Positions 22,730-31,436 of a stretch of DNA of 51,742 nt are shown here, in pieces. Below the pieces are notes generated by a model. That model was given only the letters and a program-made list of their open reading frames with translations, did not search any database and was not told the DNA's origin. The stretch spans positions 1 through 51,742 of the forward strand of contig CAZSMH010000002.1 of NCBI GenBank assembly GCA_964607965.1. The letters are read 5' to 3'. The number at the start of each line of letters is the position of its first letter. Position 1 is the stretch's first letter. The position numbers and the translations under genes are program-made. This DNA comes from an uncultured Christensenellaceae bacterium (GTDB taxonomy: Bacteria > Bacillota > Clostridia > Christensenellales > SZUA-584).

Positions 22730-23713
22730 TTATATATCTTCCACGACCTTTTTAGGCACTTTGGAAAACAGCGGGCTGACCGATTCTTTTTCGTGTATTC
22801 GCAGTACCGCTTCGGCAAACAGCGGAGCAACAGAAACGGTTACTATTTTTTTGCTTTTTGCAGCCCATGGGTTTTGTACGCTGTCTGTACCTATAACCAG
22901 TTCTATAGGGCTTTCTTCAATGGCTTTCAAGCCTTTTTCCCGCACGACTACGTGTGAAAGGCAGGCTATTATACGCTTCGCTCCGTGTTTTTTGAGAGTG
23001 TGCGCCATATCAATAAGCGTTCCGCCGGATACAGTAAAGTCGTCAACTATCATACAGTTTTTGCCTTCGACATCGCCTATTACTGTTAGCACGTGAGCCT
23101 GCTCATCATGTCCGTAACGCATCTTGTCTCCTATTGCTACAGGGATATGAAGATAATCAGCATATTTGCGTGCCATTTTAGCATATCCCGCGTCGGGGGA
23201 GACTACACAGATATTGTCCATTATATCAAGCCCTTTTACGTATTCGCATATAATGGGCAGCGAAAGCAGATGATCCACAGGCTTTTTAAAAAACCCCTGT
23301 ACCTGAGCGCTGTGCAGGTCCATAACCACAACCCTGTCCGCGCCGGAAAGCTCAATACTTTCTGCACAAACGCGGGCACGTATGGAAACGCGGGGTTCGT
23401 CTTTTTTGTCGCCCTTCGCATAACTGAAATAAGGTACAATAGCCGTTACCGAATTGGCGCTCGCGCGCTTTAGAGCGTCCATCCAAAACAGTATTTCTAC
23501 AAATTCATTGTTGGGATTCATACCAATAGGCTGAACTACGTAAACGTCCATATTACGGACGGTTTCTTTTATTCTTATAAAAATATTGCCGTCTGAAAAA
23601 GTGATTACCTCGGAATCTCCAAGATCGTTGCCAAGATATTTGCACATCCTTTTTGCGAAAGGTATACCTGACGATCCTGCAAATACTTTTATATCACTGT
23701 CAAACGAATTCAA
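22730..23713 (-). CDS. prs: Ribose-phosphate pyrophosphokinase
   Basis: The protein has a 327-aa PRPP synthetase pattern, including the DLHS and VSPDAG motifs and the PRPP-binding loop IVDDFTVSGGT. Confidence 0.95.
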   Translation of the reverse strand: MNSFDSDIKVFAGSSGIPFAKRMCKYLGNDLGDSEVITFSDGNIFIRIKETVRNMDVYVVQPIGMNPNNEFVEILFWMDALKRASANSVTAIVPYFSYAKGDKKDEPRVSIRARVCAESIELSGADRVVVMDLHSAQVQGFFKKPVDHLLSLPIICEYVKGLDIMDNICVVSPDAGYAKMARKYADYLHIPVAIGDKMRYGHDEQAHVLTVIGDVEGKNCMIVDDFTVSGGTLIDMAHTLKKHGAKRIIACLSHVVVREKGLKAIEESPIELVIGTDSVQNPWAAKSKKIVTVSVAPLFAEAVLRIHEKESVSPLFSKVPKKVVEDI

Positions 23714-23774
23714 TTTATTTCACCCTGCCTTTAATTCTTATCCGCGCATATTGTAGCACTGTTACGCGATACAA

Positions 23775-24614
23775 TCAATATCCGGCGCAATTAAAATTCT
23801 GCATATGTATAATAAGCGCGTTAAAACTTTTCTGCAAAAACAATCCGCCCCGTATCTCGCAGCCGATTTCAACAGGCGTTAGGCTCCCGTGATAATCGCT
23901 TCCGCTTGTTACATACAAACAATTTCGCCGCGCTGTGTATTCAAATTCTGCGCATTGACTATCAGAGTGAACCGGATGGTATGCTTCTATTCCCCAGAAT
24001 CCGAGATCATTTAATGTCGGCTCAAGGGAGTCTAATATACCGGCGCTGAGCAGACCCGGGTGCGCGAGTACGGGCAAGCCGTTTGCATTTAAAATAAGAG
24101 ATGCCGCCTGCTGCACGCTTATGCGCTGCCGGGAAACATAATAAGGCGTTTTATCCGATAAATACTTAGCAAAGGCTTCCTTTATATTTTTTGCATATCC
24201 TTTTTTTACAAGAGCCGCTGCCATATGCGGCCGCCCGATTACCATGCCATGGCATTCGGCTTCAACATCCGCCGGCTCTATCATTATGCCTGCACGCGAA
24301 AGCCTGTCAATCATAGCGTAAATACGCACACGCCGCGCGTTAGCAGCGTTATCAATATGCTTATGTAATTCTTTATTATCAATGTCGATGCCTAATCCCA
24401 AAACGTGCACTTCTCCGTTGTGCTGTGCTGAAATCTCTATTCCCGGTATTATACAGATATCGGACGAATGGAGATGTTCATTTAACGCCCTGCATTCGTC
24501 ATGGTCGGTAATAGCAATGGCGTCAAGCCCTGCCAGCATAGCTTTCTGTACCACATGTTTCGGTGTTAAATCGCCGTCAGAAAATGTGGTATGCACGTGC
24601 AAGTCCATTCTCAT
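23775..24614 (-). CDS. PHP-domain metal-dependent phosphoesterase
   Basis: The N-terminus reads DLHVHTTFSDG, further His motifs follow (ITDHD, AHP), and AAGGAAG is the RBS. Confidence 0.8.
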   Translation of the reverse strand: MRMDLHVHTTFSDGDLTPKHVVQKAMLAGLDAIAITDHDECRALNEHLHSSDICIIPGIEISAQHNGEVHVLGLGIDIDNKELHKHIDNAANARRVRIYAMIDRLSRAGIMIEPADVEAECHGMVIGRPHMAAALVKKGYAKNIKEAFAKYLSDKTPYYVSRQRISVQQAASLILNANGLPVLAHPGLLSAGILDSLEPTLNDLGFWGIEAYHPVHSDSQCAEFEYTARRNCLYVTSGSDYHGSLTPVEIGCEIRGGLFLQKSFNALIIHMQNFNCAGY

Positions 24615-24645
24615 TAATGCGCTTCCTTATGCCAATAATTACTTA

Positions 24646-25116
24646 TTACTGTTTATCACATCCGCAGCAATCTGAAGGGTATATAACCTCGTCCTTCGTA
24701 ACTTTCATTGCCATATGTGGAATACCTGCTTCAATATACTCATTGCCGAAATCTCTAAAACCGAATTTTTTGTACAAGGGCATTATATATGTTTGCGCGC
24801 TTATCTTTAAGCTGGATGCACCAGAAGAAAAAGCCTTATAAAGCAAAAGCCGAAGCGCAAGATCGCCAAGCTTTTTGCCGCGAAAGCGTTTTAGCACCGC
24901 AAGACGCCCTATACGAAAGTCCGTGCCGTCGTGCCATATACGTCCTGTTGCTGCAGGCTGTTCATCAAAATATACAACAAGATGAAGCGCCTGTTCGTCA
25001 AAACCGTCAAATTCCAGATTTTCCGGACAATTTTGTTCTTCGATAAACACTTCGCGGCGAATGGCGAAAGGCTCGCTCAAATCCTGATTGCCGGGTATAA
25101 AAACGCTTGTAATCAT
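24646..25116 (-). CDS. GNAT-family N-acetyltransferase
   Basis: The acetyl-CoA binding motif RFRGKKLGDLAL lies within a 156-aa GNAT-sized protein. Confidence 0.8.
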   Translation of the reverse strand: MITSVFIPGNQDLSEPFAIRREVFIEEQNCPENLEFDGFDEQALHLVVYFDEQPAATGRIWHDGTDFRIGRLAVLKRFRGKKLGDLALRLLLYKAFSSGASSLKISAQTYIMPLYKKFGFRDFGNEYIEAGIPHMAMKVTKDEVIYPSDCCGCDKQ

Positions 25117-25185
25117 TTATAACTCCAATTGATTTATATTTAATATACCATACTTTATCTGCCAACGCATTTAGAAAAAACTTTA

Positions 25186-27201
25186 TTATGGGGACAGCAG
25201 CGCTTTTGCTATGTCAAATTTGATATCGCCTTCTTCGGTACCCACATCGACCATAACAACCACAAGCCTTTTATAATAGCCTTCTATCCAATATCCTGCG
25301 AACCAGGAAATAACGCGGGATTTACTGCTGTCCTTCTCCGCGGTACCTGTTTTTCCGGCTATATTTACTCCGCTTACACGTGCCGGTTTTCCTGTTCCGC
25401 TGCGAACTACGTCTGAGAGCATTGGACCAAGCACATTTAGGCTTTTTTGATTAACTGCGCCGCTTTTCCACGTTGTTGCTTCCCGCTCTAAAAGAGTAAC
25501 ATATTCAAACCCTTCAAAACGGCATATTTTGTTTACAAGTATAGGCTCTAACATATCACCGGTACCGTTTGCAAATGCCGTATACATTGCGGCAAGCTGA
25601 ACGGGCGTTATGAGAAGATCGGCTTGTCCAAAGCCCATATCCGCAATAACCTTTCGGGTAATGCTTCTGGTAGGATTTATAAGGTTCGCCTTTTTTAAAG
25701 GAAGGTCAAAAGGAACTGCTTCATCAAATCCAAAGTTTCTTAAGCTGGAAAGTATAGCTTCTTCGCCAAGCTTTAGTGCTGTATAAGCGAAATATATATT
25801 ATCTGAATGTATAAGAGCATTGGTAAGCTTTAACGGCGAACCCGAATCATGAGCGCGGGTAATTGGCGGAAAAGTCCATCCGCTTTCATCGGGTGTCCAT
25901 TTATTATCAACTATCTCGCCATCAAACTCCGTATCCGGCGAAATAACGCCTTCCTGCAGAGCTGCCGCAGCCACAAATGGCTTTATAACGCTGCCCGGCG
26001 GATACCACTCCTGTGTGGCGCGCGACAAAAACGGCTGGTTGTTGTTAATCAAATTATTCCATGTATTTTCCGGTATGGTATATGAAAATATATTATTATC
26101 AAAAGAAGGGTACGAAGCTACTGCTTCTACAAATCCGTTAGAGGCATCCATTACAATAGCAACGCCGGACTGGCCTTGTATAAGATTTGTGCTTAAAAGT
26201 TGGTAAGCCTCCTGCTGAAGCGAAGGTTTTATTGTAAGCCATAAATCCTGTCCCTGCTCAGCAGGCTGCTCATAAAGTATTTTTACTTTTTTACCAAAGT
26301 TGTCTTCAATATAAACAGTTTTACCGTTTTTGCCGCGAAGCTGCTCTTCAAAAGTACTTTCCAGTCCCTTAAGTCCTATTTTATCCGATACAGTATAGCC
26401 CTCCGGCAGCTTGTCTTTTGAGGGATTACCCATATAACCTATGATATGTGCAGCGCTTTCCCGAAATGGGTACTCGCGTATAGGCGTATAAATCTTATCA
26501 TCAATACCAAGCCCGGGAACAGATAATATGCTTTGCTTTTGCTCTTCGGTAATTTCTGAAAAACTGCCGAGCTTTATAATCTTTTCGTCCTTCTTTTGCG
26601 CATCATTAAATAGTTCCATTGCCTCTGTATTGGTCAGCCCGTTAAGAGGTTCCATCACATTGACAACATCGGCTATGTCAACAACTTTGTCAATATCCAT
26701 AAATACAGTTTTTGCATACGAATTTGCAGCCATAAGGCTGCCGTCCGCCGCAAATATTTCACCGCGGGAAGCCTGTAGAGTTTCTGCCCGGACGCTGTAT
26801 CCGGTATCCATCTGTGGGAAAATAAGCGAATAATCCCAGTACACGCGGCTTTTCCCGGACATTGATATAATTTGTGCACTAAAATCGTTTGAGAAATCTC
26901 CGTAGTCCTTGGTATGATATATTGCCGAGTAACTAAAAATGCCTTTTTCATCCGGCTCTGAAAGAACGTTTACAGAGATAGCTGTAACGCCAAGCCCTGA
27001 AAAAATGGCATCGTATTTTTGTATAAACATGTTTTTATCAATTGCTACCGCCGGCTCACATAAATCCCACATGGCATTATAGTCCATATTTGATAGCGCA
27101 CTGATATATTCTGTTGCAGAAAGCTGAAAATCCGGTTTGGGCGCACATGAAACAAGCGTTATTAATATACACACTAAGCACAGCAGCTTAACAAAGCGCA
27201 T
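25186..27201 (-). CDS. Class B penicillin-binding protein with NTF2-like (MecA_N-type) N-terminal domain
   Basis: A signal or lipoprotein-like N-terminus (LITLVSC) is followed by an NTF2-like domain. The transpeptidase motifs are SVIKP (SxxK), SDN and KTGT. ATG at 27201 has a GGGGG RBS, and the ORF track extends to 27258. Confidence 0.85.
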   Translation of the reverse strand: MRFVKLLCLVCILITLVSCAPKPDFQLSATEYISALSNMDYNAMWDLCEPAVAIDKNMFIQKYDAIFSGLGVTAISVNVLSEPDEKGIFSYSAIYHTKDYGDFSNDFSAQIISMSGKSRVYWDYSLIFPQMDTGYSVRAETLQASRGEIFAADGSLMAANSYAKTVFMDIDKVVDIADVVNVMEPLNGLTNTEAMELFNDAQKKDEKIIKLGSFSEITEEQKQSILSVPGLGIDDKIYTPIREYPFRESAAHIIGYMGNPSKDKLPEGYTVSDKIGLKGLESTFEEQLRGKNGKTVYIEDNFGKKVKILYEQPAEQGQDLWLTIKPSLQQEAYQLLSTNLIQGQSGVAIVMDASNGFVEAVASYPSFDNNIFSYTIPENTWNNLINNNQPFLSRATQEWYPPGSVIKPFVAAAALQEGVISPDTEFDGEIVDNKWTPDESGWTFPPITRAHDSGSPLKLTNALIHSDNIYFAYTALKLGEEAILSSLRNFGFDEAVPFDLPLKKANLINPTRSITRKVIADMGFGQADLLITPVQLAAMYTAFANGTGDMLEPILVNKICRFEGFEYVTLLEREATTWKSGAVNQKSLNVLGPMLSDVVRSGTGKPARVSGVNIAGKTGTAEKDSSKSRVISWFAGYWIEGYYKRLVVVMVDVGTEEGDIKFDIAKALLSP

Positions 27202-27360
27202 AGAAAAAATACCCCCTACCCTCACTTTGGGTATTATACACCGTTTTGTATTTTGCAAACAAGCGAACAGATAACCGCCCTGACAAAAACGTTTGATTGA
27301 ACAGTAAAAAGACCTGTTTAACGTAATATTAAAAAGAAGTATTTAACGTTGGTTAATATG

Positions 27361-27843
27361 TTATTTAAGCTGTTTTTTTATCCGGTGCAGCACGCGATCA
27401 ACGGCTTTTGCTATTTGGTCCCGCGTTTTCCGGTAGTATTCAATTGATTCCCGGTAAGGGTCAATTATGTCGTAACCTGATTCGCCGGGATAGCCTTTCA
27501 CGCCGGACGCATATCCTAAAAGCGTATGCATCTTATGTACCTGATCGGGAGCCATTGCTTCCATTTCTTCTATATGGCGTGCTTCCATCGCGAGTATAAG
27601 ATCCGCCCATTCTCCCAGCTCCTTACTGAACTGCTGCGCTCTGTGCCTGCCCAGGTCAAGATCTTTCTCAGCAAGTACGCTTAACGCATCCTCCGATGCA
27701 GGCACGCCCTCGCATGCGAACGTACCGGCTGATTTAAATACCATGTCTTTTAAGTGGGTACTTCGGCCTGCTGCGTCGTCAGCCAGCTCTTCTGCCATGG
27801 GGCTTCTGCATGTATTGCCTGTACACACAAAAAGAACGTTCAT
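27361..27843 (-). CDS. Low-molecular-weight protein arginine/tyrosine phosphatase (YwlE-like)
   Basis: The active-site loop is VCTGNTCRSPMAE. It lies downstream of tsaC, as in B. subtilis ywlC-ywlE. ATG at 27843 is 9 nt after AGGAGGG. Confidence 0.85.
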   Translation of the reverse strand: MNVLFVCTGNTCRSPMAEELADDAAGRSTHLKDMVFKSAGTFACEGVPASEDALSVLAEKDLDLGRHRAQQFSKELGEWADLILAMEARHIEEMEAMAPDQVHKMHTLLGYASGVKGYPGESGYDIIDPYRESIEYYRKTRDQIAKAVDRVLHRIKKQLK

Positions 27844-27857
27844 GGACACTTTCCCTC

Positions 27858-28874
27858 CTATACTTTCACTATATTATATGCTGCCGCCTTATATACCCTG
27901 TTCATAACGGCATAGCCAATACCCGTTTTTGGCACCGCCTCAAAATAAATTTGGGAATATGACATATCATCCGCTTTTCTCAGCAGCGAATACAGATTTT
28001 TGGCCGTTTCAGCTGCATTGCTTATACTGCCCGTTACCAAAACGTCTCTGCGCCCATAATACTTTTTGTTTTCGCGTGCCGCCATTACAAGCGGTTTCTC
28101 ACCCTTCTTTGTATCTTTATCAAAAAGGTATTTTATGGCCTCTACTACCGAACTGGTATCGCCTTCGACTACTGTTACTTGTGCCAGCGGCGCATAGTGG
28201 CGGTACTTCATACCCGGAGAGGCCGGGGACTCCTGTGTGTTTGGCTCAAGTGCGTTGATGCTGTGCACCGTTCCAATACACGATTCTATCATATTCTGCG
28301 TTACAGCACCCGGCCGCAGTATAACAGGAGTGCTGCAGAATAAATCAATAACTGTTGATTCGATGCCGATAACACATTCTCCCCCGTCAAGAACCATAAA
28401 CTTATCGCCAAAATCCAAAAAAACATGCGAGGCGCTTGTAGGGCTGGGACTGCCGGATTTGTTGGCGCTGGGTGCGGCTATAGGAACGCCCGCGGCGGAT
28501 ATCAGGCTTAAAGCGATATCACAATCGGGCATGCGCAGCGCTATTGTTTCTAGCCCGCAAGTTACAACAGACGGAACAACACCTGTGCTGTTAACTACTA
28601 TCGTCAGCGGGCCCGGCCAAAAATTTTTGGCAAGAACCTCTGCGTTTTTGTTAAATACTCCAAGCCGGCGCGCCATTATAACGCTGTCTACATGTACTAT
28701 AAGCGGGTTATCCTGCGGCCTTCCTTTTGCGGCAAATATTGCTGAAACCGCGCTGCTGTCAAAAGCACTGGCGCCAAGGCCGTATACTGTTTCGGTCGGT
28801 ATACCGACAATACCGCCATTTACAATTACTTTGGCCGCCTTTTCTATTTCTGATTCGAGCATATTATTAATCAT
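27858..28874 (-). CDS. tsaC: L-threonylcarbamoyladenylate synthase (Sua5/YwlC, long form)
   Basis: The YrdC domain contains PTETVYGLGA and is followed by a Sua5 C-terminal domain. The start is uncertain, with candidates at 28913 (TTG), 28874 and 28862 (ATG). Confidence 0.88.
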   Translation of the reverse strand: MINNMLESEIEKAAKVIVNGGIVGIPTETVYGLGASAFDSSAVSAIFAAKGRPQDNPLIVHVDSVIMARRLGVFNKNAEVLAKNFWPGPLTIVVNSTGVVPSVVTCGLETIALRMPDCDIALSLISAAGVPIAAPSANKSGSPSPTSASHVFLDFGDKFMVLDGGECVIGIESTVIDLFCSTPVILRPGAVTQNMIESCIGTVHSINALEPNTQESPASPGMKYRHYAPLAQVTVVEGDTSSVVEAIKYLFDKDTKKGEKPLVMAARENKKYYGRRDVLVTGSISNAAETAKNLYSLLRKADDMSYSQIYFEAVPKTGIGYAVMNRVYKAAAYNIVKV

Positions 28875-28927
28875 CTGTCCGTTAATTTTACAACTATATC
28901 GCGTAAAAATCAATTATTGAGGTCTTT

Positions 28928-29668
28928 TTATAGCTGCTGCAAGCATATATTTCCTGCTGCGCCGAAACTGCCGCCTACTACGGCTGCTGCGCCGATAACA
29001 CCTTTTATACTTATAATCATCTCAAGAGCCCGGCTTATATCATCGGCTGTTTTTATTTCGTTGCCAAGACGGGTTGCGCATGCATCCGCGAGGCAACCAT
29101 CGTACGAGACAACTACTGCGGCATCGGCATTACCGAAACTGACTGAATGCCCTACCGTTCCCGCGGATGTGCATATGGATAAAGGCGCCGCGCTTGAGTC
29201 CAGCGTTATCCCTATTTTCATACTCAAAGGGCTTTTACCTGCGTACACTGCCACGGTTTTTGGAGCATCGGTTTTTATATATACATCTCCGCCGTTTTCA
29301 ATGATACATTGGCGTGTTTCTTTTAGCAAAGCGCGCCCGGTATATGCAGCAAAAGCGCCTGCAACCGCTGCCATGGGGCCAACTTCGGCCGCTTTTGCTG
29401 CAACGCACATTTCAACTGCAATTTTAGGAGCATTGTGTTTTGGCTCAACCGGCTTATAGCTTTCTGCAAATTCCGGATGGTGTTTTATATAGCCGTCAAT
29501 TTCGCTTCTTAATTTGATAACCGTTTCAAGCGCCAATGAATCCAGCAGCCTGTCCGCACAAATAAAAAGCTCGGTATGCTTGTGCTGGGTATTCCAGCAT
29601 ACAAGATCCGAAGCTATTATCCGCCTGTATTCATCGCGGCTTGTAAAATCAAAGTATTTCGTCGTCAA
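28928..29668 (-). CDS. UPF0280/COG2122 (ApbE-like) protein
   Basis: The ORF is 28928-29743. The longest form overlaps the upstream gene by 95 nt, so the TTG at 29668 or a nearby codon is a more likely start. The family call is by recognition and by its COG1900 context. Confidence 0.65.
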   Translation of the reverse strand: MTTKYFDFTSRDEYRRIIASDLVCWNTQHKHTELFICADRLLDSLALETVIKLRSEIDGYIKHHPEFAESYKPVEPKHNAPKIAVEMCVAAKAAEVGPMAAVAGAFAAYTGRALLKETRQCIIENGGDVYIKTDAPKTVAVYAGKSPLSMKIGITLDSSAAPLSICTSAGTVGHSVSFGNADAAVVVSYDGCLADACATRLGNEIKTADDISRALEMIISIKGVIGAAAVVGGSFGAAGNICLQQL

Positions 29669-30071
29669 AAGTCTTAATCGCCCGTGCCGGGCACGCATGT
29701 ACACAGTGCCCGCAAAGCAGGCATTTGTCCATATCAAACTCAAGCTCCCAGGATTGCTTGTTCATCACAAGCGCACCAGAAGGGCATACAGACGTGCAAG
29801 CTCCGCAGTGCATGCACTTTTCTTCATAGCGTATAACGCTGTCTTTATAAATTTTAACACTGATACCCTGACTGTTTAGGTATTCAAGGCTTTTGTCTAT
29901 ATCGTTTTGGCTGCCCTCAAGCTCCAGTATTATGTTTCCCGTTTTCCCCGGGGATATTGTGGCTTTTAATATATTAAAACTAATACCGTACCGCACCAGA
30001 TTGGTGACAATAGGTTTATCAGTTTTTTCGGGGGGAAACGCCAGCCCTATTTTAATACGTTTGTTTTCCAT
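29649..30071 (-). CDS. NIL-domain protein fused to a 2x[4Fe-4S] ferredoxin
   Basis: An N-terminal NIL-like domain is followed by CMHCGACTSVCP and CLLCGHCVHACP cluster motifs. There is a 1-nt overlap with the upstream gene. Confidence 0.8.
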   Translation of the reverse strand: MENKRIKIGLAFPPEKTDKPIVTNLVRYGISFNILKATISPGKTGNIILELEGSQNDIDKSLEYLNSQGISVKIYKDSVIRYEEKCMHCGACTSVCPSGALVMNKQSWELEFDMDKCLLCGHCVHACPARAIKTFDDEIL

Positions 30072-31234
30072 CAGCGTGTCTCCTCTGCTGCATCAAGCAC
30101 ATTAATACTGTTGCGGACAGGCAAAGCAGCTGCCGGCTGTGTCATTACAAAAGTGCCGTTTAAAAGCTTCTCTTTCAGTTCGCCTGCAATCTGCCGTGCC
30201 TTGTAAAGGCTGGACAGCGGAGCCGTCTTAATTTTTTTGCCGCAAAGCTCAACTTCGCCCGAACGCAGCTGAGCATAGGAAACACGGCCAAGCGATTCAC
30301 GCATACGCGTGCTTATGCCGTAGTCGCAAACATTTGTATAAAGACGTTCGTTCGGTACTGCCAGATCCGCCATCATTTCCTCGTCAATAACAGGCAGCGG
30401 TACTCCAATGCCGACATAAAGCGATGTTCCGTACCCGTCAAACGTTGCTGCCTTTATGTATTCGCTTTTCATTCCTTTTAAATCGCCTATCAGCGCAAGA
30501 GTATACCCTGCATAGTAAGCATCGTCGTTTTCTAATCTTTCAGACTTGTTTATTGCCTGTGTGCCTTCAAAAACAACGTAGCCTTCGCCTCCGCAGAGCA
30601 TGATACGGGTACCGATACCTATTGTGCGCAGTTTTGGGTCTTTAAGCAGCGGCGAGAGAGCGCCTGCAGTGGAATATGTTATATTACCCATATTCGGAAG
30701 CAGCGTTCCCATGTATGTCTTTTTGATTTTTTTCGTAGTGTTAGTTGCCGCAGAATAATTCTGATACGCATTGCGCGGATTAAAAAGATAAGCTTGATTT
30801 AAATCCTTAAGCCTTATCTTTGTATATATTGATTTACGCGTATAGCAGTCGGTTCCGTTCGATTGTGCGCACAATTCAATTTCTTTTCCGGCAATAAGGT
30901 CCTCTATTACATGCGCTCCGCCGTATTCTATTCCCGTGCTTTTACCGGGCTGCGTTGCGCCTATGTATGTATCCACAGCAGCCAGACCTCCGTAAGCCTC
31001 GACACCGTTAAGAGTAATTTCGCTCATGCGTATAGGAGGCTCTGAGTGTCCGAAATTAAGCATTGCACCTGATGAGCACATAGCGCCGAACGTTGCCGCA
31101 GTAACAACGTCTATTTTTTTAGCGCATTCACAAACGCCCTGCTCAGCCGCCATTGCCACGGCTTCCTCGGCAGTAAACACCACAGCCTTGCCTTGTTTTA
31201 GCTTTTCATTAATTTCCGCTATCGTTTTTGCCAC
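30071..31234 (-). CDS. COG1900/DUF39 homocysteine-biosynthesis (sulfur-incorporation) protein
   Basis: The roughly 388-aa protein is DUF39-like. GTG at 31234 lies 5 nt after GGAGGG, and the ORF track extends to 31288. Confidence 0.75.
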   Translation of the reverse strand: MAKTIAEINEKLKQGKAVVFTAEEAVAMAAEQGVCECAKKIDVVTAATFGAMCSSGAMLNFGHSEPPIRMSEITLNGVEAYGGLAAVDTYIGATQPGKSTGIEYGGAHVIEDLIAGKEIELCAQSNGTDCYTRKSIYTKIRLKDLNQAYLFNPRNAYQNYSAATNTTKKIKKTYMGTLLPNMGNITYSTAGALSPLLKDPKLRTIGIGTRIMLCGGEGYVVFEGTQAINKSERLENDDAYYAGYTLALIGDLKGMKSEYIKAATFDGYGTSLYVGIGVPLPVIDEEMMADLAVPNERLYTNVCDYGISTRMRESLGRVSYAQLRSGEVELCGKKIKTAPLSSLYKARQIAGELKEKLLNGTFVMTQPAAALPVRNSINVLDAAEETR

Positions 31235-31377
31235 TATTGCCCTCCGTCTTATTTCGCACCCCGAAAATAAAATGCTTATGCAATGCAATTAGCATAAAAT
31301 TTTTTGATTTTTATTATTCTACTACTAATTACGCTTTGTTACAACCGCTAAATGCAGGCAGAATTGTTCGTCATGTA

Positions 31378-31406
31378 TTGCCAATACGTTTGGCCGGGGC
31401 TATAAT
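31378..31406 (+). promoter_or_regulatory. Candidate sigma-A promoter of ychF
   Basis: The elements are TTGCCA (31378-31383), a 17-nt spacer and TATAAT (31401-31406), 30 nt before the ATG. Confidence 0.5.
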
Positions 31407-31436
31407 GACGTTTGAATTAATAAAAAAGAGGTCGAT

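Noticed and set aside
28237-29459. Long plus-strand ORFs (227 aa and 180 aa) opposite tsaC and the UPF0280 gene
   Set aside because: They are antisense shadow ORFs. Their composition is Ser/Pro/Ala/Thr-rich and low in complexity, they lack an RBS, and the opposite strand encodes proteins with clear family motifs.
29649-29743. A 95-nt overlap between the UPF0280 ORF and the NIL-ferredoxin gene, which could suggest a frameshift or fusion
   Set aside because: The overlap comes from taking the longest ORF. An in-frame TTG at 29668 reduces the overlap to about 20 nt, and both frames are intact.
31235-31436. An expected S-box (SAM-I) riboswitch or T-box upstream of the homocysteine-biosynthesis genes
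   Set aside because: The minus-strand leader is only about 75 nt and AT-rich. It lacks the GC-rich conserved S-box helices, and only a weak hairpin plus U-run is present.
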